From Eledone cirrhosa (lineage: Eukaryota), in NCBI GenBank assembly GCA_964016885.1, contig OZ024757.1, positions 12,586,001-12,650,000 of the forward strand: a stretch of 64,000 nucleotides of DNA. Reading direction: 5' to 3'. The notes under the pieces are model-generated. The model did no database searches and was not told where the DNA came from. It worked only from the letters and a program-made list of their open reading frames with translations. Positions within the stretch are counted from its first letter, which is position 1. The number at the start of each line of letters is the position of its first letter. Both the position numbers and the translations under genes were made by a program. Shown here piece after piece: positions 26,671-39,269 of the stretch.

Positions 26671-28030
26671 GGCACTGTCGTGGTATTAGCTGTCAGAAAG
26701 AAGGTGACGTCAGTCGTCAACCTTCTCAATTCTTATTTAACATGTGCATTAAAAACTACACTAGCTGTTACAATTGTAATTAACGTGTAAGAACTTAAAT
26801 GAAAATATAGGTGGCCCTTAAAAGGGCCGGTGTTGAAACAAGTCATGGTTATTAACACCCACCCTTTTAAGGGCCACCTATATTTTCATTTAAGTTCCTT
26901 TCGTGGCCATTTTACCGTCCTGCCACCTTGTGTGACATAAGGTTGTGTTGCTTGTTTGTATTGCAGGAAGCCGTATCGAAAGAAAAAAAAATGTCTCCGG
27001 GCTATAATTTTGAAAATACATGTGAAAGCATAGAAGTAAACAATATGATGCGTGGTGGTTGCGTCGGTAAGGCTATGAAGCTGCCATCTCACTATTCCCT
27101 GTTGTTGGTTAGTGGTTAAACAATGTTGTCGCCGCTGCTGTTGTTGTTGTTGTTGATTGTAGACAGGACTTGTCGGTAGCCATTTTGAAATTTCCTCGTG
27201 GCGAAAAGTTTTTGAAATACTGCTAATTTTTTTTTAATTTTAAAAGGAATATTTTGTATTTACAATATTCCTCATGTCAGGTAACCAGTGTGGTAATAAC
27301 AGTGAAGTTCAACTGAATAAAAAGGCTGCGTAAAATTCTTACGTCGGTCACCAATTTTAGCAGCATGGTGTATAAATGTTATTCAGACAGAAGTAACATA
27401 ATAATGATTTCAGCAGCAGAAATTAGAGATGAAATGTATGTTTATTTTTGTTGTAGCACAAATAATGTTGGTTAACTTATATGGTTGAAGTTACACATAA
27501 AAAATGAGGTTACAAAAGGGAATGTGCCATTGCGCCGGAAAGCCGGCAGGCTAAGGTGCAAAATCTCACCGTCACATGTACGTGTTGCTGGTTCGAAGTT
27601 CCTGGTGCGAGAGAGAGATTCTTCAAATCTTCGCGGGTAATTTCTCCCTCAGGACGCGTAGGGATACATCCTCTTCTACTGGCGCTGATTGGCTGAGCTG
27701 AGCCAAATCACGCACAGAGAATGTATGTGAGCCCGCGGAATGTAGGTCACTACAAGTTCTTACACGTTAATTACAATTGTAACAGCTAGTGTAGTTTTTA
27801 ATACACATGTTAAATAAGATTGTATATTATCGTTTCTCTCGAAAATTACGGGGTTATTTGGTACCCATATTTTTTTTTTAATAAGTGTATCTCATCGTAA
27901 ACGTATCTCTTAGAAAATCCTAAACATAAATAAACGGAATAGTGATACGGAAATAAAGGATTGAGAAGGTTGACGAATGACGTCACCTTCTTCTACTTTC
28001 ACTTCTGACAGCTAATACCATGACAGTGCC
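26671..28030. mobile_element. Non-autonomous TIR DNA element (Merlin- or Mutator-like)
   Basis: Termini GGCACTGTC...GACAGTGCC; inverted homology of 26671-26796 with 27754-28030 (right copy has an insertion); flanks GAAATAATG and GAAATATATG resemble a 9-bp TSD with one indel. Confidence 0.75.
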
Positions 28031-28084
28031 GAAATATATGTTATGAGTGTATATAGATAGATGTATGTTGTGTGTGTATATATA

Positions 28085-28670
28085 CAGTAATCCCCCGCTA
28101 TATCGCGGTTCACTTTTCGCGGTCCCGTTACATCGCGGATATTTCTTTGGAACGTATCTAATTTCCTATCGGGGTAATCCTCGCCACATCACGGATTATT
28201 CGTTAGAACATATCTAGTTTCTTATCGCGGTACGTCTGAATGAAAAGTGTTTAAAATTTAAACTTATTAAATAAGTTTCAATGTTATTAAAGTGTATATC
28301 ATAAGGAAGGGACATCTTATTAAGGCTTTGATTATGAACAAATGTTTATATTTTTCATTCCATTACTGTTTTACTGATTGTGTTTTTTCTCTAATCTACT
28401 ACAAACCCTTCATAGATTGACGGGAGATGTGCAGTGTATTACCAAGTGGCTACCGTGGCTGGCAATAGTCCTCATTCGTAACTAGTGGTATGATAGTTGG
28501 TGGTAGTTTCTATACGATCGTTACTGGCTGTTTTTGGTGTTTAAATACAAAAGTGTGTTTTAATGAGTTTATATGTACTTAAAGCATGTATGAGAGGTAT
28601 TTTAATGCTTAGACTATGAAAACAACGGTTGTCTTTATGGTCTCTCTATATCATGGTTGGTTCTGGAAGG
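28085..28670. mobile_element. Tc1/pogo-like MITE relic, right end disrupted by a SINE
   Basis: TA|CAGTAATCCCCCGCTATATCGCGG terminus with repeated ATCGCGG subterminal motifs. Confidence 0.55.
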
Positions 28671-28671
28671 T

Positions 28672-29385
28672 ATCATGGCTTAGTGGTTAGAGCATTGGGC
28701 TTGCAATCGTATGGTTGTGAGTTCGATTGTCATACCGTGTGATGTGTTGTTTTCTTGAGCAAGACACTTTATTTCACATTGTGTACTCAGCTGTAGAAAT
28801 GAGTTGTGATGTCACTGGTGCCAAGCTGTATCAGCCATAGCCTTTCTCTTGGACAACATCATATATAGTGTATAATATATACTGTACACAGTGTATATAT
28901 AATATATATATATAGTATATATGTTGTGATGATACTGGTGCCAAGCTGTATCAGCCATAGCCTTTCTCTTGGATAACATTATATATAGTGTATAATATAT
29001 ACTGTATATAGTGTATATATAATATATATATCGGGTATATATGTTGTGATATTACTGGTGCCAAACTGTATCAGCCATTGCCTTTCTCTTAGACAACATT
29101 ATATATAGTGTATAATATATACTGTACACAGTGTATATATAATATATATATCGGGTATATATGTTGTGATACTGGTGCCAAGCTGTATCAGCCATTGCCT
29201 TTCTCTTGGACAACATTATATATAGTGTATAATATATACTGTATATAGTGTATATATAATATATACATAGTGTATATGTTGTGATATTACTGGTGCCAAG
29301 CTGTATCAACCATAGCCTTTCTCTTGGACAACATTATATATAGTGTATAATATATACTGTACACAGTGTATATATAATATATGTA
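28672..29385 (+). repeat. tRNA-headed SINE whose 3' end is amplified as a roughly 120-bp tandem array (about 5 copies)
   Basis: TGGCTTAGTGGTTAGAGC..GAGTTCGATT head, then repeated TTGTGATG..ACTGGTGCCAAGCTGTATCAGCCAT..GGACAACAT plus TA-rich spacer. Confidence 0.8.
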
Positions 29386-29389
29386 TGTA

Positions 29390-30150
29390 AAAGGTAAACA
29401 GAAATAACAACACAATCGGTACAGTATATGGAAGGATATATTAAGCTAACTCTTGATATAGCAGGAAGAGGGTCTTAACGTTTCAGATGCTAGTCCTTCA
29501 TCAGAAGAAAGAATGAGAAATAAGATAGATTGAGGAGACGGGTGGGATGGATTGGAAAAAATGTCTTTAGATAAAAATAACAGGTCCATTCATGTTGACA
29601 TCTCTTGCAAAACTGTTGGTGCTGGCGTTTTGTGTATGATTTATTTTTTTAGAAAAGTGGATGATGGAGCACGTCTACCTGAAATGGAAAAAAAACGTTT
29701 TGTAAAAAGATCTACACTTGTGTAAGTGTGTGTGTGTGTTATTATATGTCCATACGATGCTAAGAAGAAATGTGTGTGTATATGTGAGTAAAAGAGTATG
29801 TGTGCATGTAAGTACGAAGCTATGAGCAACAGTATGTTAATATAAGGGTGTGTATGTATAGAGAGCAGTGAAGGGAAAAGTGGAGTGAGCATATATAGTC
29901 AGCCTGTATTAGTTTGAAGAGAAGATGTTAATGATGAAGAGAAAGTGATAGGAATCTAGGAGTGTGATAATGGATGGAGTATTAGAGAAATTGGGGAGGT
30001 GAGTTGAGTCCAAGAGGGGAATAGGACCCAAGGCAGTGAATCAGACTGTCCAGTCCAGGGGCGTGAGGCCAGTGATCCATGATGTAAAAGGACACCCAGG
30101 ACCGAAACATGTAGGGAAGAATGACCAGGAGAACAGAAATGACGGGCGAC
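29390..30150 (-). mobile_element. Penelope-like 3' fragment: GIY-YIG C-terminus plus minimal hammerhead (29473-29508)
   Basis: VARHFCSPGHSSLHVSVLG, then frameshifted LIHCLGSYSPLGLN; downstream TCTT-CTGATGA-AGGACTAGCATCT-GAAACGTT-AAGA. Confidence 0.75.
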
Positions 30151-30589
30151 AGTGTATATATACTGTACATAGTGTATATATGTTGTGATGTCACTGGTGC
30201 CAAGTTGTATCAGCCATTGCCTTTCCCATCGTCATATATGTTGTACACAGTGTATATGTAATATATATAGTGTATATGTAATGTATATATAATATATATA
30301 TAGTGTATATAACTAGTATATATAAAATAGGTGCCACGGAAAACAGCACCCAGCACTCACTGTAAATGAGGTTGGTGTTAGGAAGGGCATCCAGCTGTAG
30401 AGATCAAGCCAGAATCAGTTCCCATATGAGCAAGACATGGTCACCCGACCTGGAACTGCCCACAACAGGAGAACCTGTCTAACCCATGCTAGCATAGAAG
30501 AATGGACGTAAAACGGTGATGATGATGATATGAGTTGTTACTGGTTCCAAGCTGTTTCGTCCATTGTCTTTCTCTTGGACAACATCATA

Positions 30590-31135
30590 TATACTGTACA
30601 TTGTATATATATAATATATATATAGGCTATATATACTGTGTATAGTGTATATATATATAGTGTATATATGTTATGACGTCACTGGTGCCAAGCTGTATCA
30701 CCCATTGCCTTTACCTGGAACAACATCATATATAGTGTATAATATATACTGTACATAGTGTATATATAATATATATATATAGTGTATATATATGGTACAT
30801 AGTATATATATAATATATATATAGTGTATATATACTGTACATAGTGTATAATATATATATATAGTGTATAATATATACTGTACATAGTGTATATATAATA
30901 TATATATAGTGTATATATACTGTACATAGTGTATATATAATATATATATAGTGTATATATACTGTACATAGTGTATATATAATATATATATATTGTACAT
31001 AGTGTATATATAATATATATATAGTGTATATATACTGTACATAGTGTATATATAATATATATATAGTGTATATATACTATACATAGTGTATATATAATAT
31101 ATATATAGTGTATATATTCTGTACATAGTGTATAG
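30590..31135. repeat. Low-complexity TA-rich minisatellite
   Basis: Repeated TATAGTGTATATATACTGTACATAG units. Confidence 0.9.
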
Positions 31136-31140
31136 TTTTT

Positions 31141-31275
31141 AACTGGTTGAAATCCTTCACTCTCAGTTGAAGAGAGGTAGTCACGGTTCTAGGACAACAT
31201 TCTTCACTGTATGAGATGTCATCTGGTGTACCACAGGGATCTGTTCTTGGACCCCTTTTGTTTGTTGCATATGTA
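31141..31275 (+). mobile_element. CR1-type reverse transcriptase fragment
   Basis: NWLKSF..*..SSGVPQGSVLGPLLFVAYV. Confidence 0.75.
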
Positions 31276-32084
31276 GTGGATAAATGTATTCTTTTGTGGA
31301 TGAATGATAAAAAGAATAATGCCAGAATTGTGATGTTGACAATGTTTATTTTACAATAACAATATTCACTTGTTGCTACATTGAATATCGAGTAACATTA
31401 TAGAACCATCTAGGCAATAGAAGGAGCTGGTGTCCTGTGTGCACTTGCTACTTATTGCACCTGAGCATCGCCACATACAAAATCTACGTTCTTAGATAGC
31501 TTACCTCTAATCCCACATCTTTTATGTACCCATAGTTTGCATTTGGGACATAAAATGGAATTTCTTCCTACTCCTTTGCTACACACTGAACATGGCCATT
31601 TCCCAGAGGGCACCTGTGCCTTATTTTCCTTTCTACATACTAGAATATGTGTATGTAACTCAAATAGTGGTCCCCCATCCTCACTTTGGTCTCAAATAAT
31701 TGTACCCCACCCTTGCTTTCATCTCAAATAATCTTCCTCCACCCTCGCTTTTATCTCAAATAATCTTCCCCCACCCTCACTTATTTATTTTCCACCTCAC
31801 TCTTGATTCACCCTACCCACTGTTTATTAAATTTTTCTTATCTCTGGTGAAATATTATTCAAAGTGGTCGCATTCCTGCGACAATTTTCTTTAGACATTA
31901 AAAAACATTTTACATGGCATTAAAAGTACATTACTAGAAATGCCATATGTTATAAAATAAAAAAGATGGGTTGGGGTCACATTATGTAAACTAAATGACT
32001 AATTCTGGATTTTTATCTCTGGTGAAGTTTTACTGATTTTCCACACATCCCACGTTTCTTTCTGGGTCGATGTATTTAATATAG

Positions 32085-33070
32085 CAAAAAGCACCCAGTC
32101 TACATTGTAAAGTGGTTGTGTAGGTGTCAGAACAAAAAGCACCCAGTCTACATTGTAAAGTGGTTGTGTAGGTGTCAGACAAAAAGCACCCAGTCTACAT
32201 TGTAAAGTGGTTGTGTAGGTGTCAGAACAAAAAGCACCCAGTCTACATTGTAAAGTGGTTGTGTAGGTGTCAGAACAAAAAGTGCCAAGTCCACACTATA
32301 AAGTGGTTATGTAGGTGTTAGAACAAAAAGTGCCCAGTCCACACTGTAAAGTGGTCATGTAGGTGTCAGAACAAAAAGTACCCAGTCCACACTGTAAAGT
32401 GGTTGTGTAGGTGTCAGAACAAAAAGCACCCAGTCTACATTGTAAAGTGGTTGTGTAGGTGTCAGACAAAAAGCACCCAGTCTACATTGTAAAGTGGTTG
32501 TGTAGGTGTCAGAACAAAAAGCACCCAGTCTACATTGTAAAGTGGTTGTGTAGGTGTCAGAACAAAAAGTGCCAAGTCCACACTATAAAGTGGTTATGTA
32601 GGTGTTAGAACAAAAAGTGCCCAGTCCACACTGTAAAGTGGTCATGTAGGTGTCAGAACAAAAAGTACCCAGTCCACACTGTAAAGTGGTTGTGTAGGTG
32701 TCAGAACAAAAAGCACCCAGTCCACACTGTAAAGTGGTCATGTAGGTGTCAGAACAAAAAGTGCCCAGTCTACATTGTAAAGTGGTTGTGTAGGTGTCAG
32801 AACAAAAAGCACCCAGTCTACATTGTAAAGTGGTTGTGTAGGTGTCAGAACAAAAAGTGCCCAGTCCACACTATAAAGTGGTTGTGTAGGTGTCAGAACA
32901 AAAAATGCCCAGTCCACACTATAAAGTGGTTGTGTAGGTGTCAGAACAAAAAGTGCCCAGCATACACTGTAATGTGGTCATGTAGGTGTCAGAACAAAAA
33001 GTGCCCAGTCCACACTGTAAAGTGGTCATGTAGGTGTCAGAACAAAAAGTGCCCAGCATACACTGTAAAT
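32085..33070. repeat. 48-bp minisatellite, about 20 copies, ending in an RTE-type tail
   Basis: Unit CAGAACAAAAAGCACCCAGTCTACATTGTAAAGTGGTTGTGTAGGTGT; no spacers. Confidence 0.93.
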
Positions 33071-33794
33071 ATGGTTGACATTAGGAAGGACATCCCTCCG
33101 TGTAAACAAAGACAGAAACAGTTCTGTATGAGCAAAACATGATCACCTGACCGAAATTGCTTCAAATGGGACAACCCGTCAAACCAATGCTACCTGGGAA
33201 AATGGCCGTTAAATGATAACGATATATTTATGTACATGAATTTTTTTTTTCTTGTCTAGGAGAAGGAAACTCTGAAAGAAAACCTGCAGCTTAGGAAACA
33301 TCCGATGATGTTGATCAGTTCTCCTTTTTGGGTAGCGTTTTTGATGTTCAGAGAGTGGGATTGGTTGAGTGCAAGGCCTTTCCCCACTTAAAAAACCTTC
33401 AAAGCACAGGCATTGCTTGTTCAGGATATGTTATAAGTTTGTATGGTTGGCCGTAGCCTAAAAGTGGACCAAATTCTATAATGTGACAAGTGATTGCAAA
33501 ACTCTGAGCAGAGTTTTCAGCCTTCACATGTATATATAGAGATAAAATGTGATTGATGTTAGGAAGGCCATCCAACTATAGAAAACCTCCCAGATACGAG
33601 TGAGAGACGGTCACCCGATCAATGAAGTGGGACAATTCCCGTCTAACCCATGTTAGCGTGGCAGACGTTTAATGATTATGATGATGATACATATAAATAT
33701 GTATATATATATAATGTGTATATATATATATGTATATATGTATTTATGTATATATATATTTGTACACATATATATGTGTATATATATATGTATT

Positions 33795-34490
33795 TCATCA
33801 TCATCATTTTACGTCCACCTTTCCCTGCTTGCAAGGGTGGGACGGCAACTGATTCTGGCTTAATTTCTACAGCTCGATGCCCTTCCTAACACCAACCTCA
33901 TTTACAGTGAGTGCTGGGTGCTTTTTTTCCGTGGCACCTCCACGACCACTTTGCAGTGGAGTGATATGGACCCCAGTCCCTATCATCTAATTTCTACAGC
34001 TGAGTAAACTGGAGCAATGTGAAATAAAGTGTCTTGCTCAAGGAAACAACACATCACCTGGTCTGAGAATTGAACTCACGACCTTTCGATTGCAAGGCCA
34101 ATGCTCTAACCACTAAGCCATGTGCCTCCACGTGTGTGTGTGTATATATATATATGGAGGCACATGGCTTAGTGGTTAGAGCATTGGCCTTGCAATCGAA
34201 AGGTTGTGAGATCAATTCTCAAACCAGGTGATGTGTTGTTTCCTTGAGCAAGACACTTTATTTCACATTGCCCCAGTTTACTCAGCTGTAGAAATGAGAT
34301 GATAGGGACTGGGGTCCATATCATTCCACTGCAAAGTGGTCGTGGAGGTGCCACGGCAAAAAAGCACCCAGCACTCACTATAAATGAGGTTGGTGTTAGG
34401 AAGGGCATCCAGCTGTAGAAATCAAGCCAAAATCAGTTCCCGTCCCACTCTTGCAAGCAGGGAAAAGGCGGACGTAAAATGAAATGATGA

Positions 34491-34492
<2 letters not shown>
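33795..34492. mobile_element. Two tRNA-headed SINEs with RTE-type tails, arranged head-to-head as an inverted pair
   Basis: 33795-34130 (minus) and 34155-34492 (plus) both start TGGAGGCACATGGCTTAGTGGTTAGAGC and end in (GAT)n; 24-nt spacer. Confidence 0.9.
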
Positions 34493-34509
<17 letters not shown>

Positions 34510-34534
<25 letters not shown>

Positions 34535-35005
34535 AGTAGTGGTTACATAACAGCTAGTTCACCATACCGAGAACAATTGTTTCACCTTAGCGTATCTTCA
34601 GCTCGGAATGGGCATGGTTATAGGAACAGGAAGGACAACTGTACGAACGCGCATGCGCAGAAACCCGTTATCTTCACACAGGCAATACTAGACTGCATGT
34701 GAGAGGTGTAAGGGAGATAACTGCGAAAGTCCGAAAAGTTTTTAGGTTGAAAATAAAATTACAAAGAATCAGTCCGGAGTCTTGTAGTTATGCAATAGAT
34801 GTTTGGTGACGTGTGGACAACGTGTAAAAAATTCACTTCTCGTGTTTAGGCAATCACTATTGCGTAATCTCTTTAGAATAGTTATTCGTTCGTCAATACA
34901 TAAGCCGCACATCGGATTTCCCCTTACGTATGGCTTGGACTTAGTGAGGGCTTTCCATTGAATGGAGTAGTCTATACTTGAGTCCTTGAGGGACCATAAG
35001 TGGCT
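34510..35005 (-). mobile_element. Penelope-like 3' fragment with hammerhead-like motif (34567-34606)
   Basis: SHLWSLKD..IQWKAL..PY..CGLCIDER..LNTRSEFFTRCPH; downstream CCGAG-CTGAAGA-TACGCTAAGGT-GAAA-CAATTG-TT-CTCGG. Confidence 0.78.
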
Positions 35006-35068
35006 TGTATATGTATATATATATATGTGTAAATATATATATATATATATTTGTACATATATATATAT

Positions 35069-35960
35069 CATCATCATCATCACCATCATCGTTTAACGTC
35101 CATCTTCCACACTTGCATGGGTTTCGAAGGGAATTTTCCCACTTGAGGCAAGAGTGGTTGTCTTGCTCGTATAGGACTGTCTGGTGGGTTTCTAAGGCTG
35201 GATGCCCTTCCTAACACAGACCACGTTTACAGTGTGGACTGGGAGGTTTTTACCGTCTTACCTACACGGCCACATTACAGCGTGGACTGTGTGTTTTGTT
35301 GTTGTGACACCTACACGATCTCATCTGTTTCGGCCTGGATGTTGTGGCACCAACATAACTTTACATTGGAAGGAGTGGTGTGGATGGGGTGGGGGTAGTG
35401 GGGCCGGGGTGTATTTTTGTTAGAGGTGCCTACTGACTAGGTTTCGCTTTGTACTTAGGCAAGGCGGGTCTTCTGTATTACTGTGTAGCGCCAAAGATCT
35501 CGGTCCAGTGACATTGTCTTGGAGAGGTGTAAGTGTGTGAGGTCGGAATTTATCAAGTCGTCCCAGGTTTTTCTGGGTCTACCTACTCCGTGGCTACCGT
35601 CTATTTTTATCGCCCTGCACTTTTTTATACAGCTCTCGTCTTTCATGCGCATCACGTGACCGTACCAACGTAGTCTTCTCTCGAGTAAACAACATCTGAT
35701 CCCTCTTATTCCTAATTTCTCCCTTAGTTCGTTTATGCTTTGCCGTTCACGTATATTACTATTACACATCCAGTGGAGCATGCAAGCTTTGTTCTCTCCA
35801 GTCTGCGTATATCCTCTGCACACAATGCCCAGGTCTCACTGCCATGCAACATTGCTGTTCGTATGCAGGCATCATACAGCCTGCCTTTCATTTTTAGTGA
35901 GAACCCTTTAGCGGCCAATAGTGGTATAAGCTCTCTGAACTTTTTCCGTCCCGTTCTGAC
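35069..35960 (-). mobile_element. 5'-truncated RTE LINE
   Basis: KGRLYDACIRTAMLHGSETW, RRLRWYGHVMRMKDESC, (GAT)n tail. Confidence 0.9.
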
Positions 35961-36099
35961 AATACATATACAAGTATACTTAGCTAGGAGGGAAGCAGAG
36001 AATAGAAAATTCAAGCATGTTTTGCAATGTGAGTACCAGAAACAGGAGATTGAGAGGCAGTGTGTCAGAGAGAATTGTGATGTCATTGGAAAGAAGTCA

Positions 36100-39000
36100 G
36101 CATCATCATCTTCATTTAACGTCCAATATCCACGCTAGCATGGGTTAGACGGGAGTTGTCTCACTTGAGGCAAGGTTGGTCGGGTGACCATGTCTCGCTC
36201 ATATAGGACTATCTGGCAGGTTTTCTATGGCTGGATGCCCTTCCTAACACCAACCACGTTTACAGTGTGGACTGGGAGGTTTTTACTGTGTTACCTACAT
36301 GGCCACATTACAGCGTGGACTGTGTGTTTTTTTTTTCTCGTGACACCTACACGATCTCGATCTCATTATCTCATTTATTTGGACTGGATGTTGTGGTACC
36401 AACTTTATAGAGAGAGGGTGGTGTTGGTGGGAGTGGGAGGAACGGGTAGGGGTAGTGGATTGGGGTGTATATTTGGTTAAAAGGTGCCTACTCACTGTAG
36501 GTTTTGCTTTGTACATAAGGAAGGCAGGTCTTCTGTATTACTGCGTAGTGCCAAAGATCTCGGTCCAGTGACATTGTCTTAGAGAGGTGCAAGTGTGTAA
36601 GGTCGGAATTTATCAGATCGTCCCAGGTTTTTCTGGGTCTACCTACTCCGTGACTACCATCAATTTTGATCGCCCTGCACTTTTTTTCATGCGCATCACA
36701 TGGCCATACCAACGTAGTCTTCTCTAGAGTAAACAGCATCTGATCCCTCTTATTCCTAATTTCTCACTTAGTTCATTTATGCTTTGCCATTCACGTATGT
36801 TACTATTACACATCCAACGGAACATGCATGCTTCGTTTCTTTCCAGTCTACGCAGGTCCTCTGCACATAATGCCCATGTCTCACTGCCATGTAGCATTGC
36901 TGTTCGTATACAAGCATCATATAACCTGCCTTTCATTTTTAGAGAGAAACCTTTTGTGGCCAACAGTAGTATAAGCTCTATGAACTTTTTCCATCCCGTT
37001 CTGACTCTGTACTTTCAGAACACCCTCCACCACTGCTGATTTCGTCCCCCAGGTAAAGGAAAGTGTCTACTATTTCTATAGAACCATCTGGGCAATAGAA
37101 GGAGCTAGTATCCTGTGGACACTTGCTGCTACTTATTGCACCTGAGCATCGGCCACATATAAAGTCTACGTTCATAGATAGTTTACCTGTGATCCCACTA
37201 CATCTTTTATGTACCCATACTTTGCATTTGGGACATAAAATTTAATTTCTGTCTACTCCTTTCCTACACACTGAGCATGGCCATTTCCTGGATGGGACCG
37301 GTGCCTTATTTTCCTTTCTACAAACTATGACTTTAGTCTTAGACAAGTTAACTTTAAGGCCTTTTGATTCTAGGCCATGCTTCCATGTTTGGAATTTCTT
37401 CTCTAGTTCAGCCATAGATTCAGCTATGAGCGTTAGATCATCTGCATATAGGAGTTCCCATGGGCAGCCAGTCTTGAACTCCTCTGGTACAGCCTGAAGG
37501 GCAATAATAAATAGGAGGGGGCTAAGGACAGCCTTGATGAACGCCAACTTTTACACTAAATTCTTCACAATATTCATTGTTAATTCTAACCTTGCTGACT
37601 GTTTCTTTATACATGGCTTGTATAGCTCTCATAAGCCATTCATCTACACCTAGTTTTCTAAGAGTCCACCAGATAATGGAGCGGGGGACTCTGTTAAAGG
37701 CTTTCTCCAGGTCTATAAAAGCTAAGTAGAGGGGTTTACTTTTAGCTAGGTACTTCTCCTGTAGTTGTCGTACAATGAAAAGAGCGTCTGTGGTATTTTT
37801 ACCTGACACAAACCCGAACTGCATTTCATCTAGATCAATTCGCTTTCTGATTAGTTGCGCTATATCTCTTTCTGTGACCTTGATGACCTGGTCAACTAAC
37901 TTAATGCCTCTATAGTTTCCCCTATCTAGAGCATCCCCTTTACCCTTGTAGCAGTTAATGATGATGCTGCTACTCCAGACTTTCGGTAAGACTCCATTCT
38001 GTATTACTTGGTTAAGTATACGGGTGACCATAGTATGTCACACCATACCAGATGCCTACAACATCTCAGCAACTACCTCCGAAGGTCCAGCTGCCTTGCC
38101 TGTCTTCATATCTTTGATTGCCTTACTTATTGTACTACCTGCAACTTGCACAGCTGGTCCCTCTATTGGATCAATGTGGGGCAGACTATCTTTTTCCCAT
38201 TTATTCTCCTCATTTAATAGTCTCTCATAGTGACACTTCCAGGCTATCTTCTCATCAGTATCTGTTAGCGCAAGTACACCATTATTATTACGGACACACT
38301 TCTCCCTGACAATATCACGGTTTTCCTTGACACATTGTCTAACAATCCTGAACACCTCACGGTGTAGAACATGCTTGAACTTTCTATCCTCTGCTACCCT
38401 TTTTGCAAGGTACACTTGTCTCCTAGCTTCTCTCCTGACCACTTGATAGTGCTCTCTACTTCCCCCATCCCGCCATACTTTCCAAGCCTGCTTTTTGGCC
38501 TTGGTTGTCTCTTCCACCTTACTGTTCCACCACCAAGTTACTCTCCTCCTGCCAATAGGTCTGCTCCAGCCACAGATTTCATCCGTTGCTTTCAGCAGGT
38601 TAACTTTCAAGAATTCCCACTGTTCCTCTATATCGCAAGTCTCTAATTGTTCTTCCTTATTGTCAAAGGCATCAAGTAATAAGCTTTTAAATTTGTCACT
38701 AGCTGTGGGATCCTTTAACTTCCATATTGTTCTCCTTAGGGTAGTCCTCCTCTGTCGTCGAGTATGTCTATTCCTGACTATGAGGTCACTAACTACTAGG
38801 CTATGTTGGGAGGTACATTCTTCACAAGGGAGGGATTTAGTGTTTACAACAGACACTTTTTCCAGTTTTCTAGTAAGGATATAATCTATCTGGTTGGCGT
38901 GTTCCCCTGATCTATAGGTGATCAAGTGATTTTCACGTTTTTTGAAGTTTGTGTTACAGATAGTTAGGCTATTTGCGTCACAGAATTCCAGGATTCTGAA

Positions 39001-39203
39001 GCCCTCCTCATTTCTATTTCCAACCCCATAGCCTCCATTGATTCCATCATAGCCATCACTATGTTGTCCAATGTTACCGTTTAGATCACCAGCAATAATT
39101 AAGTAGTCACTGTCAGTTATTTGGGAGGTAGTGTGCATTGGCGACTCATAGAACCTGTCTTTTATAACGTCAGGTAGACCAGATTGGGGTGCATAAGCGG
39201 ATA
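36100..39203 (-). mobile_element. RTE LINE, long copy with part of the APE endonuclease and RT, frameshifted
   Basis: IIAGDLNG, ITYRSG..QIDYIL, SQHSLVV (APE); QFGF, DLEKAF, YADD (RT); split across several ORFs. Confidence 0.95.
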
Positions 39204-39234
39204 TTATTGTTTAATTCAATTAAATATATGTAGA

Positions 39235-39269
<35 letters not shown>

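Noticed and set aside
32085-33070. Regular repeat array resembling CRISPR, or a Cys-rich repeat protein (ORF 32690-33142)
   Set aside because: Units are contiguous with no unique spacers, there are no cas genes, the context is eukaryotic, and the unit derives from a retroelement tail.
33260-33460. Strong acceptor (T-tract CTTGTCTAG) followed by unique sequence, a possible exon
   Set aside because: No frame gives a recognisable domain, stops occur early and no convincing donor was found; a non-coding exon cannot be excluded.
34155-34230. tRNA-like sequence with A and B boxes (also about 14265, 28672, 41605, 52905)
   Set aside because: Continues into SINE body and tail with no complete cloverleaf; these are SINE heads.
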